44,521 bases of DNA from a virus (IMGVR_UViG_3300038379_000430:1-44521), one strand, 5' to 3'. Positions 1 to 9,339 are shown, counted from the stretch's first letter. A program made the numbers and translations. The notes: generated by a model from the sequence alone, not told the origin.

Positions 1-129
1 CGTCGCCGGCGACGTGACCGGCTGCACGAGTGCGACGGCGCGCATCACCGAGGGCGCTCGGCGCGGGGATCGCGTGGCGCTGGTGCGGCCCGCGGTCATC
101 GACGGCTGGACCGGTTCGGCGCACGTCTC
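1..129 (+). repeat. Terminal direct repeat, left copy (assembly circular overlap)
   Basis: Identical to 44393-44521 except positions 115, 116 and 118 (ggTTcG versus ggCAcA). Confidence 0.95.
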
Positions 130-1795
130 GACGGTGCGGATCGAATCGGGCTCGACCGTCCATGTCGAGTGGACGCGCTTCACGCGCCTCGGGGCGGCTG
201 CCTCCACGATCCCCGAGCCAGACGTGGCTCGCAACTACAACATCCTCTTCTACCAGTCGGCGACCGGACCTGGCGATCGGATCTCCGGCTACTTCCGCGA
301 CGTGGACATCTCGTTTCCCGAGGCGCTCTCGACGGACGTTGCGATCCTGAGCTTCCAGAGCGCAGGATCAGGCTCGACCTCGACGCGGGACTACCGCTAT
401 CCGAACAGTGGCCTCCTCGACATGACGGGCTTCGCGATCGAGCGCGTCTCGATCCATGACAACCGCGACGAGGGCGACTCGGGCGGCGTCGGGGCCGGCG
501 GCCACGGCATCTATCTTGATGCCGTGAAGGGCCTCACGGTCGACGGGACGCGCATCGAGCGCACGTCGGACGATTCCTTCGGCAGCGAGCTGTTCGGCAA
601 CTTGACCGGGACCGCGACGGATCGCAACTACTTCCACTTGCAGCGGGCGCTCCTCTACGAGGCGATCGGCGAGGGCGTCTCAGGCTGCACGACGACGAAC
701 AGCCAGCAGACCTTCGAGCCGACTGTCATCGCTCGCATCGAGAACGGCGTCAATGGCTACGCGAAACAGTCCGGAGCGATCAACGCAACGGGAGTCACGG
801 CCATCGGCGCGACCGACGGCACCTCTCAGATTTCCGCCCTCGGAGCCACCATCAACGGCCTCGTGGACGGCGGCTCGCGGTGCGGCGACACCGCGAACCA
901 GCGCCCCTTCGCGCTCAGCGCTGTCAGCGGTCTCTCGCCGGTTGCGACCGTGGACGACTACATGAACACGCTGCGTAACTCCGTGGTCGCCGAGTACCTC
1001 GAAGATGGCGCAAGTACGGTCGTCTCGTCGTACCTACAAGGCAACATCGTAGACAGCCTCCTATTCGGCACGTCGCAGACTTCGCAGGCGAGCGTCTACG
1101 CCGATCTCGTGGGCTGCGATGGGTCCTACTTCCGCCACACCGGCAGTTCGTCTCAGATGATTACGGGTCAGCCTGCGTCGGTCGGCTACATCGACCGGAC
1201 CTGGAAGGACTGCGCCTTCATCAGCACGACTGCGAACCGCCTGTGCCAGTCGTTCAGCGCAGCCGCGAACCCCATCACGATCACGATGCGCCGGCTCTCG
1301 ATCGTGTTCACGCCGGCGTGGGCGACGGCGGGCGGCTTCTCGGGGCCGGTCTTCTGCATCTCGGCGCAGAACAACGAGGAGACAGCGGGCGACATCGACG
1401 GGCTCTTCACGAGCACCGGGACGCCCGGGACGAGCGACTTCGACGCCATCGCGACGAGCACGCTCGCGAACATCTGCCACGAGTCGAACAACACGGCCGC
1501 GACCGACTTTCAGGGCGAGGTGACGGCTACGACGCGCACCTTCTCGGACCTCTACCCCGACGCAGTGATGGAGCCGCGGCCGGGCGACCTCGTGCAGAGT
1601 GGCGGTGGCGACTTCTGCGACGCTACGAAGCCCAAGCGGCTCGGGCTCTCGAAGGTCTACATGAACCACCTGCTCCTCGGCGACTTCGTGATCGAGCAGC
1701 TCTATCCGGCCTTCACGAGCGATCGCGCCTTGATTCGCGCCGTGGGCGCCAACTCGCTCGGCTCCCCGCCGACCGGAATCCAGGGTTGGCAATGA
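2..1795 (+). CDS. C-terminal part of an about 903-aa signal-peptide-bearing beta-helix (tailspike/adhesin-like) protein that starts at 43476
   Basis: Right-handed beta-helix-like repeats (IERVSIHDN..GHGIYLDAVKGLTVDGTRIERTSDD); in frame across the circular junction; stop overlaps next start (ATGA). Confidence 0.8.
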   Translation, partial: VAGDVTGCTSATARITEGARRGDRVALVRPAVIDGWTGSAHVSTVRIESGSTVHVEWTRFTRLGAAASTIPEPDVARNYNILFYQSATGPGDRISGYFRDVDISFPEALSTDVAILSFQSAGSGSTSTRDYRYPNSGLLDMTGFAIERVSIHDNRDEGDSGGVGAGGHGIYLDAVKGLTVDGTRIERTSDDSFGSELFGNLTGTATDRNYFHLQRALLYEAIGEGVSGCTTTNSQQTFEPTVIARIENGVNGYAKQSGAINATGVTAIGATDGTSQISALGATINGLVDGGSRCGDTANQRPFALSAVSGLSPVATVDDYMNTLRNSVVAEYLEDGASTVVSSYLQGNIVDSLLFGTSQTSQASVYADLVGCDGSYFRHTGSSSQMITGQPASVGYIDRTWKDCAFISTTANRLCQSFSAAANPITITMRRLSIVFTPAWATAGGFSGPVFCISAQNNEETAGDIDGLFTSTGTPGTSDFDAIATSTLANICHESNNTAATDFQGEVTATTRTFSDLYPDAVMEPRPGDLVQSGGGDFCDATKPKRLGLSKVYMNHLLLGDFVIEQLYPAFTSDRALIRAVGANSLGSPPTGIQGWQ

Positions 1796-4782
1796 TCGCC
1801 AGCAACTCGCTCGCGCGCTCATGCTGTCTCTGGTTGGCGTTCGCCATCGCGCTGGTCGCGGTTCCCGCAATGGCGCAAGAACCCGATCCGCCGCTTCCGG
1901 ACAGCATGGGCTACTGGTGGCGCGTCAAGAACCTCGAGAATCCTGCGACGCGCTGCGCCTACTTCGACGGCAACAAGAATCGTCAGCAGGACGCCGACGA
2001 GCCATGCGAGGGCGACGCGGTCGTGCCCAGCTACAGCCCGAGCTCGTCGAGCGACTGGCTCGGCAACATCACATCCAGTCTGCCGACGACCTTTTCGCAG
2101 GGGCTCGACTACCTCGCGAGCTACCTCACGTCTGGCCGACGTGTCTGTCCATTCGGCTCGTATGAGAACCGCCTCGAGCGCTGGGTCTACACGTCCGCAA
2201 GCGCCGGCATCGCAATCAGCGATCAGGTATTCGAGGACCGGAACGCCAACGACGCGCTCGACGCGACGGAGCCGATGGGCTGGGTCCTGCTGCTGCTCGG
2301 GACGGGCTCTGAGAACGGCGTCGTTCTACAGCACGACGACACCAGCGTGATCCGTGGCGCCTTCTCGAGCGGCGCCACACTCAAGGAAGTGGGCGCGACC
2401 TCGAACACGATCGCCACGAGCGGCACCCCCGTCGAGCTGGGCGTCTACGCCTGTGAGAGCAACAGCGGGTTCGGCTTCACCACGCCGGATGAAGTCGTCA
2501 TTGCCCCGGTCCGCATCTCGACCTCGGACGAACCCGAGGCCGCGCCCATGATCGAGGCGGCCTTCGCTTACTGCATGGACAACGCGCGGCTGGACAACTC
2601 GATCTCCGGCGTCTCAGGCATCGCGACCGAGTGCCGCATCACGAACAACGGCAGCCCGCTCAAGATGAACACCCGCACGGCGTTCATCCGCAAGCGGACC
2701 GGACTTCAGAGCATCTGGAACACGCAGGCCAACATGCCGATGATCTACTGGAACCCGAACCCGGTCCCGACGACGATCGCGAAGGCGAGCCTGCCGACGT
2801 GCGACGAGGCGGACGAGGCGACCTACGGCATCGCCCGCGTCCTCAACGACGCCTGCTCGCTCGAGGACGCGGGCGGCGAGAGCTGCCCCGGCAAGCTCAC
2901 GTCGCCGACGGCGCTGACCGCCATCCGTGCGGCCGACCAAGCCGATACCTACGAGTGCGACGCCGCGTCCAACAACGGCAACTGCGACTTCGGGAGCATC
3001 GGCACCTTCACGCCGAGCGGCGGATCGCTCGGGGGCGTCGCCCGCGTCATCACCACGAGCGTCGCGCACGGGTTCGAGGACGGGCGACCCACCGCGTCGG
3101 CCGGCGCGAAGCTCAGCGACCTCGTGACGATCGCGGGGGCCACCGACCCGGACTGCAACGGGACGTGGCCGGTCAAGCGTGTCGGCGGGACGCTGGCGAA
3201 CACCGAATTCGTCGTCACCGCCGGCAACGTCTCGGGCTCGACGTGGAACTCCTGCGACGACGTGACCGGCGGGACCGTCGAGCTGGCGCACACCGCGGTC
3301 CAGTGCATCGCGGGCGATTGGGTGCCCGGATATGTGGCCGTCGAGTTTGGCGGCCGGAACATCGGCTCCGGCAGCGCCAGGCTCTCCCACTTCAGCGTGA
3401 AGGGGAGCATCGCCACCTCGAGCACGACTCCGCGCTTGATCGGGTACTCGTTCAACGGGCATTACGGGAGTGGCGGAGCCGGTGGCCTCAACGACTTCCA
3501 CTTCGACATCGACCAGGGAGCCGGCAACTCGGCTTTCGTCGGGCAGGTCATCGCCTCGGTGGGCAGCCGGTACGTCCAGGGCATCAACGGAAACACGAGC
3601 ACCGCGAACTTCTCGGGTCGGGTCGCCTGCGACTACATGCAGACCGGCGCCAACTGCCTGCGCCTCGGCGTCGCGAAGGATGGTCTCGTCGAGGTGGACT
3701 CGAGGCACGGCGGCAGCGTGCGCGGCGGCGTGCCGAACGCCGGGACCAACCGCCAGCCGCATAACATCGTGCTGCTCTCTCCCTCCATCGAGGGTTTCAA
3801 CGACGGCCCCGGCCTCTACCTCCAGAGCGGGGCCTACACGATCCTGGGCGGCCACCTCTCCGGTGACGTGGACGCCGGCAACAGCGGCGTGGACCGCGGC
3901 CTCCTCGCGATCCTGGGCGACACGGCCTCGACGGTCTCGCTCACGATCAGCGGCTTCGCGTGGCTGCCGGACTTGACCTCGATCACGAACGAGTGCTCGG
4001 TCTACCTGAACGACGTGTGGCTGACCCAGGAGGGCGGCCGGGTGCACGTCGTCAACAAGCGCAGCGGCGAGACGGGCGACCCGAAGCGCGCGACCTTCTG
4101 CTCGGGGGCAACGAGCAAGATCGAGCGCTTCGCGCTGTACGGACTGCTGCCGACGGCAGCGGCCGGCGCAACGCCGGCCACCTCCGACTACTACAAAGAG
4201 CTGGCGGCGCCGACCTACACCGGCCTCGTCTGCCCGAACTGCGAGTCGCCGCCCGTGCTGTCGATGCTCGGGGATCTGACGGGCCTCGGCGTCCGCGACA
4301 CGGCGGCCGGCATCGGCACGGTCGGGGAGTGCCTCACCACGTCCGCGCGCTCGACGCAGCTAACGACGGGTTATCCCACGCAGGCGTGCGGCTCGGCCTC
4401 CGCCAACTTCGGGACGACCGTGTTGCCGCTCTCGTCGCACCGCTCCGGCGGGCGGCTGTGGGTGAACGGCGTGACCTGCTGGAACCCCGACAACGCGACG
4501 TGGGCGGACGCGGCCGGCTCGGCCTTCGACGCCGGAGAGGACTTCACGCTAGCCGCTTGGGTGAACGACGGGGCCACGCAGGAGAACCTCGGCACCGTGA
4601 ACTTCACGGACGCCGACGCGCCGATCGCGACGAAGTACCTCAACCGCGCCGCGGCCACCGTGACGGACGAGGACTCCGGCCTCCAGCTCGAGCTGGAGGC
4701 CGTGGACGACTCCACCGGTCCTGACGACAACACGATCGCCGTTTTCTGTCAGCCGGTTCTATCCAGGCTTGTTCCATTCTGA
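1792..4782 (+). CDS. 996-aa secreted Cys-rich tail-fibre/adhesin-like protein
   Basis: ATG 1792 overlaps the upstream TGA; signal peptide ..LWLAFAIALVAVPAMA|QEP; two DxNxNxxxDxxEP motifs; tail-type modules (SLPTC..LND..QCIAGDW; TTSVAHGFEDG..VTIAGA..NGTWPV); beta-helix-like central region. Confidence 0.8.
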   Translation: MIASNSLARSCCLWLAFAIALVAVPAMAQEPDPPLPDSMGYWWRVKNLENPATRCAYFDGNKNRQQDADEPCEGDAVVPSYSPSSSSDWLGNITSSLPTTFSQGLDYLASYLTSGRRVCPFGSYENRLERWVYTSASAGIAISDQVFEDRNANDALDATEPMGWVLLLLGTGSENGVVLQHDDTSVIRGAFSSGATLKEVGATSNTIATSGTPVELGVYACESNSGFGFTTPDEVVIAPVRISTSDEPEAAPMIEAAFAYCMDNARLDNSISGVSGIATECRITNNGSPLKMNTRTAFIRKRTGLQSIWNTQANMPMIYWNPNPVPTTIAKASLPTCDEADEATYGIARVLNDACSLEDAGGESCPGKLTSPTALTAIRAADQADTYECDAASNNGNCDFGSIGTFTPSGGSLGGVARVITTSVAHGFEDGRPTASAGAKLSDLVTIAGATDPDCNGTWPVKRVGGTLANTEFVVTAGNVSGSTWNSCDDVTGGTVELAHTAVQCIAGDWVPGYVAVEFGGRNIGSGSARLSHFSVKGSIATSSTTPRLIGYSFNGHYGSGGAGGLNDFHFDIDQGAGNSAFVGQVIASVGSRYVQGINGNTSTANFSGRVACDYMQTGANCLRLGVAKDGLVEVDSRHGGSVRGGVPNAGTNRQPHNIVLLSPSIEGFNDGPGLYLQSGAYTILGGHLSGDVDAGNSGVDRGLLAILGDTASTVSLTISGFAWLPDLTSITNECSVYLNDVWLTQEGGRVHVVNKRSGETGDPKRATFCSGATSKIERFALYGLLPTAAAGATPATSDYYKELAAPTYTGLVCPNCESPPVLSMLGDLTGLGVRDTAAGIGTVGECLTTSARSTQLTTGYPTQACGSASANFGTTVLPLSSHRSGGRLWVNGVTCWNPDNATWADAAGSAFDAGEDFTLAAWVNDGATQENLGTVNFTDADAPIATKYLNRAAATVTDEDSGLQLELEAVDDSTGPDDNTIAVFCQPVLSRLVPF

Positions 4783-4812
4783 TAGCTTGGGGTAGATGAG
4801 GGGGGAGCGTGG

Positions 4813-5106
4813 GTGGACTCGGACCTGACGCGAGAAGCGCAGCGGCTCGACGACCGGATCGATCGAACGCAGGAATGGGTCTCGAGGCACGAGAGCACGC
4901 TCTACCGGGGCGAGAACGGGACCCCGTCGGTGCTGTCGCGGCTGGACCTACTCGATCAGGTGATCTTCCCAGAAGGTGCCGCGCCGCTGGTGGTGCGTCT
5001 CGATCGCCTAGAAAGCAGCATCTCGGCGCTCCGCCGCATCGCCTGGGCGCTGTTCTTTCCCGCGCTCGGGAGCTTCGTGCTGCAAGCGCTGGGTCTTGCG
5101 CGGTGA
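4813..5106 (+). CDS. Holin/XhlA-like membrane protein (coiled coil plus C-terminal TM)
   Basis: RBS GGGGGAG; C-terminal hydrophobic helix IAWALFFPALGSFVLQALGL; upstream of the endolysin. Confidence 0.55.
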   Translation: MDSDLTREAQRLDDRIDRTQEWVSRHESTLYRGENGTPSVLSRLDLLDQVIFPEGAAPLVVRLDRLESSISALRRIAWALFFPALGSFVLQALGLAR

Positions 5107-5201
5107 TCCGCGCGGAGGCGAAGGCCCGCGAGGCCCGGATCGTGCTAGCGGTGGGGGTGGCGCTCATGGTCGCTGCGGCGCTGCTGGAGCTGGTGCAGTG
5201 A
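5103..5201 (+). CDS. 32-aa single-TM peptide (possible holin/antiholin accessory)
   Basis: GTGA overlap with the upstream stop and TGATG overlap with the lysozyme start; IVLAVGVALMVAAALLELV. Confidence 0.45.
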   Translation: MIRAEAKAREARIVLAVGVALMVAAALLELVQ

Positions 5202-5662
5202 TGCGAACGAGCGCCAAGGGGCTCGCGTTCATCCGGGCGAAAGAGTCGCTCGCTCGGATCGGCTACCTCGATGGCCAAGGCGTCCCCACGGCCGGCTGGG
5301 GTCACACTGGGCCCGACGTCCAGGTGGGCGTCGTCTACACGCTCGAGGTTTGCGAGGCGTGGTTTCGCAGGGACATCGCCGAGGCCGAGGCCGAGGTGCG
5401 CCGGCTCGTGGACGCGCCGCTCACGCAAGGGATGTTCGACGCGCTCGTGAGCTTCGAGTTCAACTGCGGCGGGCTCGAGTTCATGGTGCATGGCAGGCCA
5501 CAGGCGTCGAAGCTGCTGCGCGCGCTCCGCGAGCGGCGGTGGAACGACGCCGGCGAGGAGCTCGTGACCTGGAACAACGACGGCGGCCTGCCGTCGCGCG
5601 GGCTCCTCCTGCGCCGGGCCGAGGAGCTCGTGATCTTCGCCGGTGAGCGCTTCCCGGAATGA
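5201..5662 (+). CDS. Endolysin, GH24 phage lysozyme
   Basis: E-x8-D-x5-T triad (ESLARIGYLDGQGVPT), GWGHT, LTQGMFDALVSFEFNCG, GLLLRRAEE. Confidence 0.92.
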   Translation: MRTSAKGLAFIRAKESLARIGYLDGQGVPTAGWGHTGPDVQVGVVYTLEVCEAWFRRDIAEAEAEVRRLVDAPLTQGMFDALVSFEFNCGGLEFMVHGRPQASKLLRALRERRWNDAGEELVTWNNDGGLPSRGLLLRRAEELVIFAGERFPE

Positions 5663-5672
5663 GGGTGAGGCG

Positions 5673-6266
5673 ATGGCGTTCGGCAACGATCCGCTCGAGG
5701 TTGATCCGGTAGCTCCCGGCCGCGGGCGCGCCGCGCGCACGGTGATTGGCGCCGGCGTCGGCGGGGTGTCGGCGGGCTCGATCGCCGCGGTGACGCTCGC
5801 GGCACAGGCGGTGCTGGAGGCGTACCTGCCGGTCCTGCTCACGCGCCTCGAGGCCGACCAGGTGGCGATCGTGGCGGCCGGCGCCGTCACCGGGGCGGGC
5901 ATGGTGCTCGGCGCGCTTTGGGGGCTCCTGGCGCCGGCGGTGCGCCGCGCGCTCGGGACCGCGGCTCTCCTGCTGCTGGTGCTGCTGCTCCCGGGCTGCG
6001 TGCTCGACGCGGCCGCCCGCTGGGGGCCGCCGGATCAGCGGGCCATCCTGGTCCATGCCTCGGTGCTGCGCCGCGGCTGCTACGCGCTGGCTGTCGGTGA
6101 CCTGTCGATCGATGCCGAGGATCGGGCGGCCTCGCGTGAGCTCGCTGCGGCGTCCGTGGTGGGCGGCGCTGCGGTCGCTGGTGCCGCTGGCGCGGGCGTG
6201 GCGGCCGCGGGCGCCGCGCTCTCGGAGGCGCTCGGCGGGCCGCCCGGCGAGGCACCCTGTCCGTGA
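5673..6266 (+). CDS. Multi-TM lysis-cassette protein with internal lipobox (holin/spanin-like)
   Basis: Two N-terminal hydrophobic segments, then RRALGTAALLLLVLLLPGC and a C-terminal Gly/Ala-rich helix; follows the endolysin. Confidence 0.55.
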   Translation: MAFGNDPLEVDPVAPGRGRAARTVIGAGVGGVSAGSIAAVTLAAQAVLEAYLPVLLTRLEADQVAIVAAGAVTGAGMVLGALWGLLAPAVRRALGTAALLLLVLLLPGCVLDAAARWGPPDQRAILVHASVLRRGCYALAVGDLSIDAEDRAASRELAAASVVGGAAVAGAAGAGVAAAGAALSEALGGPPGEAPCP

Positions 6267-6733
6267 CCGATGCCACACGCCAGCTGCCGACCGAGGCGAT
6301 CCGCGCGGCCGAGGTGATCCCGGCGCCCCCCGGCCGCTACTTCTCGCTGATCGACATGCGGAAGGTCAGCGAGCGGGAGATCGTACTTCTCCAGCAGCTC
6401 GAGTACCGGGACGACGTGCTCGGCTTCGCGGTGTTGATCCCGCGGGGTTTCCGGTGCGACGGGTCATCGGTGCCTACCTGGGCCTGGTCGCTGCTCGGCG
6501 GGACATGGCTCGAGTGGGTAGAGGAGGGCTGCCTCCACGACTACCTGAGTCGGCGCGGAGCGACCGTGATCATCCTGCGGACCGGCCAACGCATCCCCGT
6601 CACCTGCCCGCAGGCGGCGGGGATCTTCCGCGAGGCCCTCGTGGCCGGCGGGGCCAGGCGCTATGCCGCGCGGGTGGCGCAGGGGACCGTGATCGCGGCG
6701 GCGCCAACCTACTGGCACCGGAAGGCCGTGTGA
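6263..6733 (+). CDS. DUF1353-family protein
   Basis: IPRGFRCDGSSVP..W..GCLHDYL motif; typical position next to lysis genes. Confidence 0.8.
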   Translation: MTDATRQLPTEAIRAAEVIPAPPGRYFSLIDMRKVSEREIVLLQQLEYRDDVLGFAVLIPRGFRCDGSSVPTWAWSLLGGTWLEWVEEGCLHDYLSRRGATVIILRTGQRIPVTCPQAAGIFREALVAGGARRYAARVAQGTVIAAAPTYWHRKAV

Positions 6734-6873
6734 GGCGCGCTACCGACCGAGATGCGCAGCGCGCGCGGGCGCTCGCGCAGGCCCTCGGGGAGTACGGGAG
6801 GCCAGCGCCGGTGCGCCCGCGCGGCCCAGGGCGCCCGTTTCAAGCCGCGCAAGCGCGGCAGGAGGGTAAGGGC

Positions 6874-7266
6874 GTGACGCGGCGTACATCACGAATCGCT
6901 CTCTGCGCACTTCTCGTCGCCTGGGCTCTTGCACTCGGGCCCGGCTGCTGGTGGGAATGGGGCCAGGACCCGCGCGTATTCGTCCAGTGGACGGACGCCT
7001 CGGGCGTACCGTCCTGCGATGGCGACTTGGCGCTCGCGCGCTGGGGCGATGGCGAGCCGAACCAGCTACTCGTGCGCCGGCTCCGGCACGGCGACTGCGT
7101 GGGCCGCTTTGACCGGGACGCCTGGCACCTGCTGTATCTGGTCTGCGAGCGCTACGGAGAGGTCGATGCCTCGCCACTCATCGACCGCGTGGAGCTCGGT
7201 GCGATGGGCGCCGCGCGCCGGGCCTCGTGCCTTCGCTTCGTCGAGGTACCCGCCCCAGCACCGTAG
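6874..7266 (+). CDS. Putative lipoprotein (alternative in-frame GTG at 6730)
   Basis: RBS GGAGGG; TRRTSRIALCALLVAWALALGPG|C lipobox-like signal. Confidence 0.6.
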   Translation: MTRRTSRIALCALLVAWALALGPGCWWEWGQDPRVFVQWTDASGVPSCDGDLALARWGDGEPNQLLVRRLRHGDCVGRFDRDAWHLLYLVCERYGEVDASPLIDRVELGAMGAARRASCLRFVEVPAPAP

Positions 7267-7278
7267 CCGCTAGTCCCT

Positions 7279-8388
7279 TCAGCATCCGTCAGCGGCAGCG
7301 TGCGAATTCATCCATGCGGACCAGCGCGGGAGCCACTCGGCGTTATAGAAGTCGGCCCAGCTCTGGCCGGTCTGGCGCGTGACGAGGGTGTAGCAGTAGG
7401 AGAGCGCGGCGAGCTTCTCGGCGTTCGTGAGGCCGTCCGCTCCGTCCTCGTCGGCGAGCCAGGCGGTGAGCTGCGCTGTGTCGCCCGAGAACAAGATCGT
7501 GTTTCCCGCGCAGTCGCTCGGCTGCGCGATCCGGCTCGGCGGCGGTAGGTAGTGCTGGCCTTCGCCAGGCCCCTTGAGCGTCGAGTCACCGCCGATCCAG
7601 AAGGTCGAATCGAGCACGATGAACCAGGGCAGGTTCCCGTCCTCGAGCTTGAACACGCCGCCGTGGCCGTCCTTCTGTTCATAGGCATTCGTGAAGCGGT
7701 TGAGCCTCACGAGCGCCCGGTCGAGCTTGATTGTCGATGCGGTGCAGTCCTGCGGGTCGTCACCGCGCGGCTTCATCGCGAAGCCCATGAAGGTCCCGTC
7801 AATCAGCGAATCTGTCACCATGATCGAATTGCAGCCGTCGTGCTCGAGCGCGTCGTCGTGGGTCGCGGTCGTGCGGCTACGCCGAAAACTGATCTCTCCC
7901 GCCCACGGTCCGCTGGTGCTCACGCGCGCGGCCGACACCCCGTCACCTTCGTCGCGTATGCAGGTCTCGAGATACTCGAAGCGCGCCGAGCTCTTGTGCT
8001 CCCAGCCCTCGCTCGTGTGGTACTCGAAGCACGGGACGGGGCAGGTTCCGCAGGTGCTCGAACTGCCGCCGGGGCAATGGTGAGAGGTGCCGGCCGGACA
8101 TCCCGGGCTGGAACACTCGTAGACCGCGGCCGGCGGAATCGGGCCGTCCACGCCCCCATAGAGCACGTAGCTGTCCGCATCGCCGAGAATCGTCACGCCA
8201 GCGCCACCGACGGAGTAGCTCGGCTGCCAAAGCACGCCGTCGGCCTGCACCCAAGGCGGGGTCGTGTAGCTCGTGACCGTCGGCGAGGCGGTCTGGCCGG
8301 GGTCGGGTGCGCCGCAGCCGCCACCTCCCGAGAGCGCGAACCAGCAGCCGATGAAGGCCAGAAGGGCGATGGTCTCGGGCTTGGTCAT
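7279..8388 (-). CDS. Cys-rich putative lipoprotein with pectate-lyase-like beta-helix
   Basis: RBS GGAGG; MTKPETIALLAFIGCWFALSGGGG|C; repeats DDALEHDGCNSIMVTDSLIDGTFMGFAM. Confidence 0.65.
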   Translation of the reverse strand: MTKPETIALLAFIGCWFALSGGGGCGAPDPGQTASPTVTSYTTPPWVQADGVLWQPSYSVGGAGVTILGDADSYVLYGGVDGPIPPAAVYECSSPGCPAGTSHHCPGGSSSTCGTCPVPCFEYHTSEGWEHKSSARFEYLETCIRDEGDGVSAARVSTSGPWAGEISFRRSRTTATHDDALEHDGCNSIMVTDSLIDGTFMGFAMKPRGDDPQDCTASTIKLDRALVRLNRFTNAYEQKDGHGGVFKLEDGNLPWFIVLDSTFWIGGDSTLKGPGEGQHYLPPPSRIAQPSDCAGNTILFSGDTAQLTAWLADEDGADGLTNAEKLAALSYCYTLVTRQTGQSWADFYNAEWLPRWSAWMNSHAAADGC

Positions 8389-8468
8389 GGGTTCCTCCGA
8401 TGGCACCCGGGTTGAGCGTTGCGCGGGGCCGCTCGCTCAGCAGCGTCGCCACGCCGTCGCCGGGTGTG

Positions 8469-8657
8469 TTAGTCACGGGGGCGGTCCTTCTGTGCTGGTG
8501 CGACCATGAAACAGCGTGAGCACTGGACGAACCCTAGGGGTCCATCACGCCAATTGTGGTCGCCGAGGGCGCGGCAGAGCGTAAAGAGAAGCCGCGAAGG
8601 CACGTTCACACCACGATTCTTCGATGCACGCCACCAGAAGATCGCTTGTCGCAGCAT
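8469..8657 (-). CDS. Small Zn-finger-like protein (C..GxHxW..CxxC, DUF1660-like)
   Basis: CRALGDHNW..CSRC; abuts the upstream gene's stop. Confidence 0.55.
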   Translation of the reverse strand: MLRQAIFWWRASKNRGVNVPSRLLFTLCRALGDHNWRDGPLGFVQCSRCFMVAPAQKDRPRD

Positions 8658-8918
8658 CTACCCCTCCACCCGCTGCGCCAGCGGCCCGATGTGCATGACC
8701 GGTCCGTAGACGATTCCTTCGCCCATGTCGATGATGACGCTGTGCTTGTGCGCCAAGACGCACGCACCTTCCTCTGTCGCTAGGAAGGCTGGGATGCACA
8801 AAGCGTGCAACGGCGTGTCCCACTCGTCGCAAAAGTGGTCGCACGGACGCTTGTCCCTGCATACCCAGCACGGGCCGGGGATTTCTCCACCGACGGGGTA
8901 GATACCACCGCAGGGCAT
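8658..8918 (-). CDS. Small Cys/His-rich hypothetical protein
   Basis: MPCGG..CWVC..CDHFC..HALC; start overlaps the upstream stop. Confidence 0.6.
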   Translation of the reverse strand: MPCGGIYPVGGEIPGPCWVCRDKRPCDHFCDEWDTPLHALCIPAFLATEEGACVLAHKHSVIIDMGEGIVYGPVMHIGPLAQRVEG

Positions 8919-9183
8919 CACTTCTCCTCTTGGGCGGCGTCGTCCGACCACTTCTCGAGGCGCGCGAGCGCCCTCATCGCCGCGCACTTCGCGTCCTCGG
9001 CTTCCTGTGCCGTATCAAATGCGTCGGCTTGCCAGAGCATCTCCCATTTGCCGGTGACTGCGCAGAAAGCTCGGGGAGCGTGTAGTGCCACGCCCCGTCC
9101 TTCGCCCACCACGATACCATCGTTCCATCGGCGTACCTGATCTCCGAGTCGATTTGCTTCTGAGTCGCTGACTTCATTGACAT
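8918..9183 (-). pseudogene. Probably frameshifted small gene
   Basis: Strong RBS AAAGGAGG before ATG 9183, but the downstream-coupled stop (8918) is in another frame; frames can be joined at a CCCC run (about 9073-9076). Confidence 0.4.
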
Positions 9184-9208
9184 TGATGCCTCCTTTGATG
9201 GCTACACC

Positions 9209-9217
9209 ATTTTAGCA
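9209..9217 (-). promoter_or_regulatory. Extended -10 promoter element TGCTAAAAT
   Basis: TGn-TAAAAT just upstream of the RBS for ATG 9183. Confidence 0.5.
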
Positions 9218-9339
9218 TGAGCAGGTTTCGGCCTGGACTTCCCCCCTTCCCCGTCCGCGTCGCGCAGGCCGCTCTCGGCGTCTTGCAGGTCGCGCAGGAG
9301 ATCGGCGGCGGCTACCTGCGGCGTGGGGTGCTCAGAACA

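Noticed and set aside
1243-1791. N-terminal 183 aa of the 1179-aa ORF in the track
   Set aside because: Arg-rich shadow frame of the upstream gene; the real start is ATG 1792 with ATGA coupling and a signal peptide.
1-4782. Diversity-generating retroelement targeting the large exported proteins
   Set aside because: No reverse transcriptase motif and no template/variable repeat pair seen; the terminal-overlap mismatches include a non-adenine C/T change.
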